Shown one piece after another: positions 42,031-54,100 of a stretch of DNA of 64,000 nucleotides. Both the position numbers and the translations under genes were made by a program. The notes beneath the pieces were generated by a model. That model ran no database searches and was not told the origin of the DNA. It saw only the letters and a list, made by a program, of their open reading frames with translations. Source of the DNA: Octopus sinensis (taxonomy: Eukaryota). Position 1 is the stretch's first letter. Every line of letters starts with the position of its first letter. Location of the stretch: the NCBI RefSeq assembly GCF_006345805.1, contig NC_043012.1:1922001-1986000 (forward strand), in the 5' to 3' direction.

Positions 42031-43279
42031 GAACAAGCATGCACACACACACACACATGGACAAGAACAAGCATGCACACAAAACCCATTAGCTGTCTTC
42101 TCCTCCTCCTCCCATTTTAGTAGCTGTCACGGAGGTCACGAAGATATCCGAAGTGAATTGTCGACTAGTCACGGAAACAAGCGAGGTCTTGTTATTGTTT
42201 TGTCGAGTCAAACCGAAGGAATGCCAAAAAGTTTGTAAAAGAGGTCAAAGTTTGCGTACATACTCTGCAACTCCACCGTTTATTTATTTATGCATGTGTA
42301 AGATAAACATAGATAATAGCTACACCAAACTAATTTATGGAATTGGTGCTAATGTCAAAAGGTGTGTTACTTGCAGAAAGCTTGTGTTGATACAATAAAA
42401 AGAGAAAATGAATAAATAAAACAGACACTAAAAATGGTGCCAAGATTCCTTGAAGAAGGGTCTTGCCCGAAATACCAAACCTCACAGCACAGAAACTTAT
42501 TTAGAAAAATTCATTTGGTTTGGTACCCGCTCTTAATAAGGTAGAGAGGTTTGTGTCTGTCAGTTTTGTTGTTAGCTTCTACGATAAAAGAATTTAAAGG
42601 GAAGAAACACCAATATATTTATGATGCGATGTAGAGCTGACGGGGGCGTGTGCACGCCTTTCAATTCAATTTATTATTTGTTTTGTTTAGTGTGTTTTTC
42701 GACTGATTCTTAATATATTCTTTGGATCTTTTCACTTTGACCGGCAGATTTTTAAAAACAATTTCTTTGTAACTAAACACTTTTAAACTTCGTATACCGA
42801 AAGAATGTGCTACATAGAACATCTTTTTCTCTTGGCTTTAAAGTGAAAAGACCCTATTCTTTTTTTGCTTTCGTAAATTATAGTCAGGTTCATGATTAAT
42901 AAGCATTTTTAGTTAATATCAATATAAACAAACATGCAATAATGTTGTTCAGCTTTAAATCAATTCTCAGCAAACTTACGATTCTTTTTTTTCTTTTAGC
43001 AGTATCTTAGAATAGACTATTCTAAATATATTTCTTTCTTTTACGCAGTAAGGTTTCATTTAAAGAATATTTAACTGCTATTTCTAGCAAGGCGAACAAC
43101 CACATACTACGCGGCGATGTAAAGGGTAGAGATGTTTCCAATGAATTATTTATTATACTTAGCTGTATGTTCGTTCGTTTCTTTATAATAGCGAAAATAA
43201 AACGGAAAATAATAGACAGGTGAAAATTTCCCTCACCGCTAATCAAAGCTACTTTTCCACTTAGATTACACAAATCCAT
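29456..43279 (-). CDS. SDR copy B: classical SDR, FabG-like, 9 exons, 266 aa
   Basis: Exons 43279-43237, 39962-39832, 38497-38405, 37660-37575, 36090-35997, 34588-34519, 32592-32556, 30624-30561, 29638-29456; same sizes and phases as copy A, open frame, YNMSK intact. Confidence 0.93.
30561..30624 (-). CDS. SDR B exon 8 (PGVIVTDLQKRGGMSEEVYTQ)
   Basis: AG/GT sites, 64 nt. Confidence 0.9.
32556..32592 (-). CDS. SDR B exon 7 (ELASKKVRVNSVN)
   Basis: AG/GT sites, 37 nt. Confidence 0.9.
32786..33600 (+). mobile_element. Tigger/pogo-like DNA transposon, internally deleted
   Basis: TIRs ta|ctgtgatccctc and gagggatcactg|ta; C-terminal transposase remnant LLDCHSQPLTDADL...RSVQFCNKV...QLPITMF. Confidence 0.85.
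34519..34588 (-). CDS. SDR B exon 6 (FPGGLVYNMSKSALDQFTCTVAL)
   Basis: YxxxK motif, 70 nt. Confidence 0.92.
34860..35195 (-). mobile_element. tRNA-derived SINE, family 4
   Basis: Minus-strand head atggctcagtggttagagcg...gagtttgattccc and body tgtgttcttgagcaagacact; related copies at 38890-39180 and 39190-39428. Confidence 0.75.
35997..36090 (-). CDS. SDR B exon 5 (SVFQLTMLAVPHLIATQGSVVNVSSIDGLRA)
   Basis: 94 nt, NVSS motif. Confidence 0.92.
36305..36510 (+). mobile_element. Short SINE variant ending in (GA)n; second copy at 55215-55408
   Basis: Family-1-like head with a distinct 3' part gcgtatagctgctcagtgcctctcc. Confidence 0.7.
36920..37297 (-). mobile_element. SINE family 1, full length
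   Basis: Reverse complement of 16602-16996. Confidence 0.85.
37575..37660 (-). CDS. SDR B exon 4 (VNCAGILAYGSIETTSLEQYDEVFNINVR)
   Basis: 86 nt, AG/GT sites. Confidence 0.92.
38405..38497 (-). CDS. SDR B exon 3 (identical to A exon 3)
   Basis: 93 nt, AG/GT sites. Confidence 0.92.
38890..39428 (-). mobile_element. Two adjacent tRNA-derived SINEs
   Basis: Minus-strand heads gcctagtggttag...ggttcaaatc and ggcttagtggttagggtg; similar tails (gcctggctcat). Confidence 0.7.
39832..39962 (-). CDS. SDR B exon 2 (GASSGIGAG...CEKNGSK)
   Basis: 131 nt, GxxxGxG motif. Confidence 0.92.
40870..41808. mobile_element. Long-TIR non-autonomous element (arms ~40870-41170 and ~41538-41808)
   Basis: Arms of about 280-300 bp are reverse complements around a GC-richer ~370-bp core. 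Confidence 0.75.
41855..42230. mobile_element. MITE with ~115-bp TIRs and a (CA)n core
   Basis: tggcattccttcggtttgactcgacaaa / ttttgtcgagtcaaaccgaaggaatgcca. Confidence 0.8.
43237..43279 (-). CDS. SDR B exon 1 (MDLCNLSGKVALIS)
   Basis: ATG, 43 nt, G|GTGAG donor. Confidence 0.9.
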
Positions 43280-43335
43280 ATTTTGTATCAGTCCTGTTCA
43301 GCATCCGTCAACAAACAACAATTTGAATTGGCAAG

Positions 43336-43343
43336 ACTTCCGT
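43336..43343 (-). promoter_or_regulatory. ETS-type motif ACGGAAGT upstream of SDR B
   Basis: Conserved in all three promoters. Confidence 0.45.
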
Positions 43344-43799
43344 CCGCCCCCACCCCAAAACCACCCTTTTTTTTTCGACACAGACCCCTCCCCCATTTCA
43401 GCTACGGGGAATACGAATCTGCCAAAAAATTGGCAAAAATCGACATTTCTAAATTACCATCTCCATTTCTTTCATTTTAAACTTTTTTCAGAATTTTTTT
43501 CTTCTCAAAATATGCGGGGAAAATACGGAGATTATGATTCTAAAAAAAAATTCGGATCTTTACTTTTTGAAACTAGTTTTAAAAATAATTTTTTGTAACT
43601 AAACACTTTCAAACTTCGGACACTGGTAGAATGTGTCATATTAAAACATCTTTTACTCTCAGCATTTTTGAGAAAAACTTATATTTACGAAGTTATTTCA
43701 CGTTCTAGTATTTCGGTAATTTCAACCAATCAAATATTTCGTTTGTCACTGTTACTTATGACATTGTTCATGCGTTTGTACTGATTTTAGCTTTAAGTT

Positions 43800-44728
43800 T
43801 GTAGGGAATACGACCGTACGTAAGGAGTTGGTGACAAATGTCTCCTTTTGAATGCTGCACGGTTGCCCCTATCAAAATAAGAAGCCAAATACAGTGCCAA
43901 AAGGAATAAATGAGGACGACAACCGTTCTACTGTTTGAGAGAAAAGAAGACTTTATTTACAATGTGTACAAAAATAAAGTATGGGTGCTAGCAAAGTGTA
44001 GTGTCTGAATGCGTGTAACAAGTGTTTGTGTCTGGGTGTTCGTGTGTGTGACAGGAGGTGTATGCGTATAAAACAAAATACAGAGTATAAGATCAGCATA
44101 TTGAGTTAAGATGGAATTGGTTTACCAGTTCATAAGTGAGGTACATGATAGCAATAGTTCTATAACAAAATGTTGGGGTCACGAGGCAGAATGCCGGTTG
44201 GGCACATGTCGTGCAGCAGTTTGTGGCTTCAATGCCATGCTGAGTCTCTTGATACAGGAAGTTCTTTGCGGTAGACTGGAACTGTTTTACCTCGGTGAAA
44301 TATTCACAAACAGCATGGAGTTTAAACCTGGACGAGTGCTGTGTATGTATTTGAAGTCAACGGTGGTGAATGGCGATGATGGTGGAGATGTCCTACGCTG
44401 CTGGTGTATATTAGCGTCATCAGGAACATGGTTGGCTGACTGGTCGTCTGTCACTAGAACTGGAACATGGTTGAGTAGCTCTGTGGTCAGTGACTAGACC
44501 TTAGAAGGTCTAGAGCGAAAGACCTGGAATAGTGAATGCTGATGCCTTATAAAGCCTGGGGTAGGCTCAAATGTTCGTTTGCTCAAGCTGTCATATCTTC
44601 AGCTGCCAAGATGTCAAAAATTGTCAAAGTGCAGTACAATGGTTTTGCTATGGAATGGTGAAACTATTTTCTCGTTTGCTGAAAAAAGCAATGTTTTGGA
44701 CTTACGACATTTTTGCATAATAGCAACA
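43800..44728 (-). mobile_element. Solo-LTR-like element (~930 bp), related to 6756-7677
   Basis: TG...CA ends, similar length, shared ctctgtggtcagtg..tagaccttagaaggtctaga block, TATA-like at about 44546-44552 and AATAAA at about 43952-43957 on the minus strand. No TSD found. Confidence 0.5.
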
Positions 44729-44962
44729 ATATATATGTACGTATGTGTGTGTGTGCACGTGCATGGACATATGTGTATGTCGTGTGTGCATACATGTATG
44801 TAATGTGTGTGTGTGTGTGTGGTCCCTAGATTTGGTAAAAATAGCAGCCTATACTCATCAAATCACATCTTACTGTTTTTCAAGAAGAACATCATAAGGG
44901 ACGTTTTTTGTTTCCAATCTTCCATGAAAACATGGAATAAGTCCCAGCTAAAAATTCCATAC

Positions 44963-45658
44963 TGTACATTATTGCTAAAGATTTCATCATACTGTTCCAA
45001 GCTGGTGGTTTCAATATTGCAAAAGGACATGGGTGTGCTATTCTGTCCTCCACAGAAAAAGGGAAAATGATATTTAAAAATAATTAAAATGATATTAAAA
45101 TATATATATTGTGAAGGTGTATGCCCAAGTAGTTAGGCTGTAGGACTCATGATAATAATGTCATGGGTTCAATTCCCAGATCAGGTAGCTCATTATGTTT
45201 TTAGTCAAAGAACTTCATTTCACATTACTCCAATTCACTTAGCTGAAATTAAATTAAGTCAGCTGCAGTGTGACACTTCACAAACGATCAGACCAAAATT
45301 TTCTAAATGCAAGATGTCAGTGACCTCTGTTGCCTGCCTACAGTACACTGGGTGATAAGAATTATATTAAGATAGTTATACTAATTTATGTGTGGGCATG
45401 CTTGTGCGCATATCTCAGGTTGTATACAATAACATGGTGGTGTAATATGTTACCATTGATCTACCACTAAAGAAACAATGAAGATGGCTGTATGTGTGTG
45501 TATGTGTGTAGGTATATGTATATGTCTAAATATGTAGTTGTTTTACCTTGCAGCCATTTTTTTCAGATTCATCTACAGTTTTCTTCAAGTTGTCTTTTTT
45601 CCTGCCATTAATAGCCAACTTTGTATCAAGTTTACTAAACAACACTACAGTACCGGCA
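44963..45658 (-). pseudogene. Relic SDR copy (partial exon 2 and partial exon 4)
   Basis: 45658-45547 encodes AGTVVLFSKLDTKLAINGRKKDNLKKTVDESEKNGCK|GT; about 45020-44963 encodes NIETTSLEQYDEIFSNNV|GT. Exon 3 and the GxxxGxG start are missing; cut by a SINE at 45659. Confidence 0.85.
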
Positions 45659-45659
45659 T

Positions 45660-45890
45660 ATATATATATCTGTGTGTATGTGTGTGTTTGTGTGTCTATG
45701 TTTGTCCCCCAACATCGCTTGACAACTGGTGCTGGTGTATTTACGTCCCCGTCACTTAGCGGTTCGGCAAGAGAGATCGATAGAATAAGTACTAGGCTTA
45801 CAAAGAATAAGTCGGGGGGGGGATTTGCTCGACTAAAGGCAGTGCTCCAGCATGGCCGCACTCAAATGACTGAAACAAATAAAAGAAAAA
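45660..45890 (+). mobile_element. SINE family 1, 3' half
   Basis: Matches the family-1 tail. Confidence 0.8.
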
Positions 45891-47932
45891 AAAAGAAGAA
45901 AAAATATAAGTCCGTCATCTCAGAAATATAGAATTGTATTATCCAACAGATACAGAGCTGACACAAGACATCAAAAGAGGTTTATAGGTCTTAAAAATTC
46001 ACTCTGTTACTACCTACAGGCATAGTATAGTGGATAAAGGTGCTGGTTAAATCAGTGCAAATACTGAGTTCTGAGTTCAATCCCAGGCAAGGCACTAAGG
46101 TAAATTACAAGACACTTGAAGAAGGCTGGAGCATGCAACAGTTGAAATGTAGTTAAAGCCCACTCTGACTAATGTAATTTGTGTACTTAATAATGTCACA
46201 ATTTCACTATCATACATAATGCAAAATCAGTGTTAGAATTTTGCATCACATAGTCACAAAGGACATAAAATGATGTCAAAATTCTTTATTCTCAAACGTC
46301 TACAGGTGAATCACATGAAATAGTACAATGTCTTTGATGTACATAAACCACAGTTCGGTTACATAAACACAGGTGAATTGTCTTCAAACAATACCAGTCA
46401 TAATACTTCATCTTTGAAGTATGACTTATATACTAATTTAAGACACACACTTACATATGTAGTGGATCTTGCAGGCATGAAGTGAATTTGATCCACCATA
46501 GCCAAGTTTAAATTAACACTTCGAAAGAACTTTTCTCATGGTAAAAACAATAGATATTTACAAAGTGAAATCACGTGTTTTCACGAATGTAGTAATGAGA
46601 TTTGTGTTCAAATTCACATTTAAATAACAATGGGTACGCTTGGCCGGGTTGGTATCGAAAAGGTGAAACGTAAATGTTGGATGTTCCCTGCTGGGAAACC
46701 ACTATAATCTCTGCTCACTCAAACTTCCCAATGGATCAGTAGGCGTATGACCTATAAAGGTGTATGACCTATTACATGGTATATATGGATGGGAAAAGTT
46801 GGAGAGGATTGCTGAAAGATTAAGTACACATATTCCCCCACACTTTTAAACAATAATACAAAATAAAAAAAAAGAAAGAAAGTACTATTCTAAAGTTAAG
46901 CTCAACTTGACTCAGATTAACATATACACAAATTGGAAGCAAAGATGTCCATTTTCCTAAAAGTTATGAGGGGAAAAATCAGATCTTGTGAATTTTCCGA
47001 AAGTCCTTTCGCCACCCGTCGGTTGCGAAATGTTTTTTTCCCACCAGAATTCCGGACCCCAGAAATGAACTCATTTGCATACAGCCAATCAGAGCTCACC
47101 TTGACTTTGTTGTCAAGTTAACGAACAGACTCTACCACGCAAACTCAAGACAAAGAACGGTGTTGTAAGTCGACCGTTCGCCAAGTTATGCCGATTGGCG
47201 ATCTTTCGTTTGTAGTAGCACGTTTCCGTCGGTGATTTCCGAAAAAAACTTTTATTTTTTTACATATGGGCTTGCGGGAACATTTGAAGTAATGAGAGCG
47301 AAAGAGACTTAGAGGAAGCGATTTTATGACGAGGGAATTTCTTTTGAAGTTACCGAAGCATTGATGTACATGTGTGTGTGTGTGTGTGTGTGCGCGCGCG
47401 CGCGTGTGTGTTTGATGGGGTGTGGGAGACAGACAGTATGTTGTGTAAGTGAAGTGCTTCTGTTAGTGTGTGCGAAGAGACAGAGAGAGTAATGTGTGAA
47501 AGAGAGAGATAACTGAAATTTTTTACTCGGTGTATGTGTATATGTATGTCTGAATGTATGTGTGTGTGTGTGTATGTATCTATGTATATGTGTGTGTGTG
47601 TATGTATGTATGTATGTATGTATGGCCGATTCAGTGTAATTTTAAACGAAAGATCGCCCCAAAATGAAATGCATAAATAAAGAAATAGATAAATTTGTTT
47701 TTGATGAGGGGAATCCTCCGACCGTCGTCGAACCTGTGATTCCTTATATTTAACAGAGTGAAAGTGTCAATGGAGAACCGAAACTATGTTGTCATGTATT
47801 TTCATATGATACATGACAACTTAATAGACAAACAGAATATGAAATGTAATATATATCTACATTAATAAAACGAACACGTTGTAAACAATATTTATGTAAC
47901 GACTTCCTCTGGTTTATTTGCAGAGACATAAA

Positions 47933-47940
47933 ACGGAAGT
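47933..47940 (+). promoter_or_regulatory. ETS-type motif ACGGAAGT upstream of SDR C
   Basis: Conserved in all three promoters. Confidence 0.45.
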
Positions 47941-48024
47941 GAAGTCCCATTGCGCATCTCATTCTTCTTTTCTCTTTCGTTCCTTTCTCTTCGGTAACGG
48001 TTGCTGCGATCCAAAGTTGAAATC

Positions 48025-48067
48025 ATGGACATGTGTGACTTAAGTGGCAAAGTGGCTCTGATAAGTG
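48025..48067 (+). CDS. SDR C exon 1 (MDMCDLSGKVALIS)
   Basis: ATG, G|GTAAG donor. Confidence 0.9.
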
Positions 48068-48095
48068 GTAAGGTCTTCTTCGTCTGTAGTCTAAT

Positions 48096-48146
<51 letters not shown>

Positions 48147-51100
48147 CTGTTGTTGTTGTTGTGTAGCATCTATCAAACACGTTGCAGAACATTTACGGGT
48201 GTCACCTTGCATTTATTCGTTTAAACATGGGTTGTTTTAAACCACCACCCTTCAATTTGTTTTTCGTTAAGCCTTTTCTTTCTTTTGGATTTTTTTAAAA
48301 AAAACGATACTCAGTATTTTTGTTTTGAGCATCAGTCAAAACCTGGAAAAAAAAAAAAAAGAAGAAAACAATACAGGACTTTCTAATAGAACGAATTTTT
48401 ATTTTTATATATATATTTCTTTATTGCCCACAAGGGGCTAAGCATAGAGGGGACAAACAAGGACAGACAAAGGGATTAAGTCAATTACATCGACCCCAGT
48501 GCATAACTGGTACTTTATTTATCGACCCCGAAAGGATGAAAGGCAAAGTTTATATATAACATATAAACAGGGATACTGGAGTAACATTTTGGTAAATTAC
48601 CATTTTGGTAAAATTTTATATTAACACCCGCACGATTTTCACTAAAAAAAGAAATCGTTATTTTTTGCGTGGAATCAAGTACCCTGACCTAATATGCTGC
48701 AAATCCCTTATTTTGGTTTGGAAAAGAGAGGACGAGTGGAGATATATTTAATAATGAACCATGTAATTCACTCTGGAAAATTTGATGACGGAGATGTAAA
48801 CAGAACCCTCCGCCCCCTTAATTTTTTTCTTTTTTGCGGAATCCCACGTTTTAGGCTATAACCCTAATTTTTGTGTGTGGGAGCGGGGGGGGGGGAGAAA
48901 GATGAACGATTTAATGTTTTATGTTAATGCCTCCTTATCTTAACATGTGTCACCATGATGCAGATAGTGTTCTTCATTTCCAGTCTTCTGTGAAAAATAT
49001 GTCTGTTCATGGGGAAAATATACTTTTCTACCATTGGCACAAGGTCCGAAATTTTGGGGGAGGGGGGACCAGTCAATTAGATCAACCCCTGTATACAACT
49101 GGTACTCAATTTATCGACCCAGAAAAGGATGAAAGACAGTCGACCTCAGTGGAATTTGAACTCAGAACATAAAGACAGACAAAATGCTGCTAAGCATTTC
49201 GCCTGGTGTGCTAATGGTTCTGCCAGCTTGCTGCCTTGGTCATGAGGAAAATATTACTTTGAAGACAGGTGAAGGAAGGGTATCTAGTTGTTGAAAATCT
49301 GCCTCAGCAAATTCCATCTAACCCATGCAAGTATGGAAAAGTGGACATTAAAATGATGATTGTACATACATAGGATCAAGAAAATTCAGAGATTTTGCCT
49401 CCGAGTGATAGGAAGATTGTATGATGCATGTATACAAACAGCAACACGACATGATAGTGAATTGTGAGCCCTGCAGAAGATACGTGAAGAGTAGAGAGGA
49501 ATGAAGCTAGTTTGCCCTGCTGGATGTACAGTGTCGGTGTTCATATGCAACAGGGCACTTGTGTATTGAGATAAAAGTTGAGCATAAGAGGAATTAGTTG
49601 CAGTGTACAAGGGAGAAGACTGCTGGTTTGGTCATGTGATGCATATGGATGTAGACAGTTGTATACAGAATTGGGAGTCATTTAAAGTGGATGAAGCTCA
49701 TGGAAGAAGAAGACCCAGGCAGATATGGGATATGAAGGCCGATCTCAAGACGCTGAGCCTTATGAAGATGACAAAAGACTAAGATATCTGGCACCTTACT
49801 GTACTCAAGGGGCCTCGTTTGCCACAGCAGAATTGATGTAGGTACTGGTGTCACATAAAAAGCACCCAGTACACTACAGGAGTGGTTGGCATTAGGAAGG
49901 GCATTTGGCTGTAAAAACCATGCCAGAACAGACATTGGAACCTGGTGTGGTCCCTGGCCTTACCAGCTCCAGTCAAACTGTCCAACCTATGCCAGCATGG
50001 AAAATAGATGTTAAATGATGATGATGATGATGATATGTATTAAAATATTATCAGAGTAATCCTTAAATATATAACAAATACAGTAGGAGTAGTTATATCA
50101 CTCTATTTTATACCACCACCTATTGAAAATGGGTTTGAGCGTTTAATACCAATTGCATCATGTTTTTATATGTCATGAAAGGACTTAAATGATATTTGTA
50201 TATTTATGAGGACAGTTAACTTTTTCTGAGAATTGCCCTTAAATGTTCAACATTTCATGGCCATTTCCCATGCTGACATAGTTTGACAGGATCCAACAAG
50301 TTGGAAGACTGCATTGTGATCCACTGTCTACTTTGGCATGGTTTCTGCTGCTGGATGCCGTTTCTAATGCCAACCACTTTACAGTGTACTTGGTGTTCTT
50401 TTCATGGCACCAGCACTGGTAAGGTTACCAGGTTAAATGCAAGACATGATTCTCCTTGTCTGAGTGAGAGTAATCAGGATGGAGCTGGAAAGCAGGACAA
50501 AGATGGTGATGACAGGGTGTCAGTGTGATATATATAACTAAATGATATCTCCTTTAAATCTCATCCTGCCTGAGGTGGCAGGATTTGAAGAAGATATGGC
50601 TACTATTTCTGGGGTTGGTGGGTATTGTATCTGTGTTGTAAATTGATTATATAAAGTGGTTGGCATTAGTGAAGGACATCCAGCAGTAGAAACCATACCA
50701 AAATGGACAATGTTGCAGCCCTTGGCCTTCCAAGCATCTATCAAACTGTCCAACCCATGCTGGCATGGAAAACAGATATTAAATGATGTTGATTATGTGA
50801 ATTGTCGAGATTGGTATTGTTTGTAATTAACTGAACTATATTTTGGGTTATATACAAAAGGTATTGTGATGTTTCATGTGATTCTGTGATGATCATTTCT
50901 GGGTGAAAAATTAATATTATTTAGTGTGGTGTGCAATTGTGACATTATTTCATGTTTTTTGGGTTTTTTTGTGTGTGGAATGTGACATAATTTTTTGATC
51001 TTTTTGGTATAAAATTTTGACATCATTTCATATTGAATGTAGTATAAAGTAGACTGTTTGCTGCTTATTTTTACTGTATATACTGCATTTTCCAACATAT

Positions 51101-54100
51101 AGGTTGATGTAGTATATAGTGTTTACAAGTCTGTAACCATGCAGTCTTTGTAACATTGGTTTGCATAACACTCTTTTCCTAGAACATAGAACTCCATAGA
51201 ATAGATGCTTTGGAATTCTTTGCATGTATGTGAAATGTAACTTTGATTATACAAAAGATAAATTGTAATTAAGGATTCTTAAGTAAAAACAAATCATTGT
51301 ATTGAGGTAAAGAATGACAACCCAAAAAAACAAAAGTTCAGCAAATTTTTTTCTTTTTCTATCTTTTTTAGGTGCCAGTTCTGGTATTGGTGCCGGTACT
51401 GCAGTGTTGTTTAGTAAACTTGGTGCAAAGTTGGCTATTACTGGCAGGAAAGAAGACAACTTGAAGAAAACTGCAGATGAATGTGAAAAAAATGGTTCTA
51501 AGGTAAAACAGTCTCATTCAACATACACACACACACACACAAAATAAAGAAACAATAAACCCATCTGTATGTTTTTATTGTCTCTTTTGTGGGAGAAACA
51601 CATTAACACAGTATATCATCATGTTTGCGTGTACAGTGTGTAATGCATGCATTTATATATGTGCGTATATGTATGGCGTGAAGTATATTGTTGCTCGTTT
51701 TTTCTTAAATATCGTAGAGTTAGGATTATCATGTTTGTATTACTTCCCAGTCACAAGACTCCAGGTTCAGTCCCTCTGTGTGGCACCTTGGGCAAGTGTC
51801 TTATACTATAGCTTCAGGCAGACTGAAGTCTTGTGAATGGATTTGGTAGACAGAAACTGAAAGAAGCCTGTCATATATATATATATCTATATATATATAT
51901 ATATTTAAACAATTTATACGTAAGGGCAAAAGAAAAAATTTCTAATGTCAAAATATGTCGAAAAAAGACATTTAACCTTTAAAGGTACTTTTTAATATGC
52001 TGGCCATTGATAGAATTTTTTTCGAAAAATTTTATCCTATATTAGATATATATATATATAATAATAATAATAATTGTGTACAGTGCTCAGGTGCACTACA
52101 ACTCATCTAAAGTGTATATATAATCAGGTGTAGTTTCGACGGATTTCGGGAAGCATGAGGGCCTTAAAGGATGCAGTGTCATGGCAGTCAACAACTGATG
52201 CAGGCAGTTTATTCCACGCTTCAGCAACCCTGAGCGTGAAAAAATGTTTCCGAAAGTCATGGGAGCTGTGCTGTTTTCTGACTTTGTAGGCATGTCCACG
52301 TATGTTAGACACATGGAGATCAAAAAGGTGTTCAGTGTTGTTGTTGGTGAGGTGGTTGATAACCTTGTGGGTGTTTACCAAGTCCGTCGCCAGACGCCGG
52401 AGCTTCAGTGAATCCATGCCCAGGGAAACAAGGCGCTCAGAATATGGTAGGTGTCTGATGGAGGGTATGCGTTTGGTTGCACGTCTCTGGACAGATTCCA
52501 GGAGGTCAATGTTCTGAGCAAGATAGGGATTCCAAACTGATGATGCGAATTCCAAGTGTGGTCGTACCATAGCTGTATACAGTTTTAAATAGATGGCTGG
52601 AGAGCGGCTAATATGTGTGTGTGTTTGTGTTTTATTTGAGCCCCACCACTACTAGGCAGCAAGTTTTGATGTGTTTACATCCCTGTAACTTAGTAGTTCG
52701 GCAAAAGAGACTGATAGAATAAGTACCAGGGTCTTAAAATAATATAAAAAAGCATTGGGGTCGATTCATTTGACTAAAACCTTTTTCATCGCAGTGCTCC
52801 AGCATGGCTACAGTCTAATGAATGCAACAAGTAGATAAAAAAAAATAGATAAAAGATATGTCAGCTAAACAAGAGTACAAATCTGAAACCTAATGTTTCA
52901 TTCCTTCTCAGTGTCTTATCAGTGAGAAGAGGAATATGCTCAAAGGTCAATTGCACAAAAATTTGTTAAGTTAAAGTTTACCTATTCTGTATATATACAC
53001 ATGCATGCACACACACATATTTTTATCTTAATATAATTTTTATCATCCAGTGTGCTGCAGACCAATTTTTCATTTTAGCATTTTTTTCAGAAAGTGCTCC
53101 TAGTTGCAGTCTGTACTTGACTGGTATAGGAAGCGCTCCGTCGGTTACGACGATGAGGGTTCCGGTTGATTCGAATCAACGGAACTGCCTGCTCGTGAAA
53201 TTAACGTGTAAGTGGCTGAGCACTCCACAGACACGTGCACCCTTAACGTAGTTCTCGGGGATATTCAGCGTGACACAGAGAGTGACAAGGCCGGCCCTTT
53301 GAAATACAGGTACAACAGAAACAGGAAGTAAGAGTGAGAGAAAGTTGTGGTGAAAGAGTACAGCAGGGATCACACCATCCCCTGCCGGAGCCTTGTGGAG
53401 CTTTTAGGTGTTTTCGCTCAATAAACACTCACAATGCCCGGTCTGGGAATTGAAACCGCGATCCTATGACCGCGAGTCCGCTGCCCTAACCACTGGGCCA
53501 TTGCGCCTCCACACTTGACTGGTATAAACCTTCACTGTATAATCTTAGTTATTTTTAAATACTATTTCTCTTTAACCCTTTCGTTACCAACCCAACTGAA
53601 ATCAGCTCTGGCTCTGAGTTGGAATGTCTTGTTTTCATATGTTTTGAATTAAAATCTTCCCCCAAACCTTAGTCACAATTTATGTTCCTAAACCTAGTTG
53701 AATGATAAGAACCATCTCTCAAACTTGTTGAATCTTCTCATCAGTTGTGGAGGTTGATGGGCATCCTGCTTTCTCTTTGTGCTTCATGCTTGGCCAGCCA
53801 TTTTTAAACATCTCTTTCCACTCATACTTCTACACAGTGGAATGCTGTCTCTGTATTTTATTCAAAACCTGTGATGAATTTCAGCTCCTAACACACCTTT
53901 AGACTAGAGAAATCAGATCACTGATCTGTTCGTCCTTGGTTCACATTGCCATGTTTACTCTGTACCACAAGAAAGAAAACTGGAGTGAACAAGGTCAAAC
54001 CTCAGATATGTAACCAGAGGAGGATCGCCTTTTAGAATCCAAGCGCTGAAAGCAGTGCAGCCAACCTAAAGGAAGTTTTGGCGAAAGTATGGATAATTTT

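Noticed and set aside
42445-42530. Hammerhead-like TTGAAGAAGGG-tcttg-CCCGAAA with a 9-bp downstream stem (also about 46117-46148)
   Set aside because: Core reads TTGA rather than CTGA, there is no UH cleavage triplet and no stem I; at most a dead relic.
44111-44497. 128-aa ORF
   Set aside because: Lies within the LTR-like repeat, has no recognisable domain and is not conserved as an ORF in the related copy.
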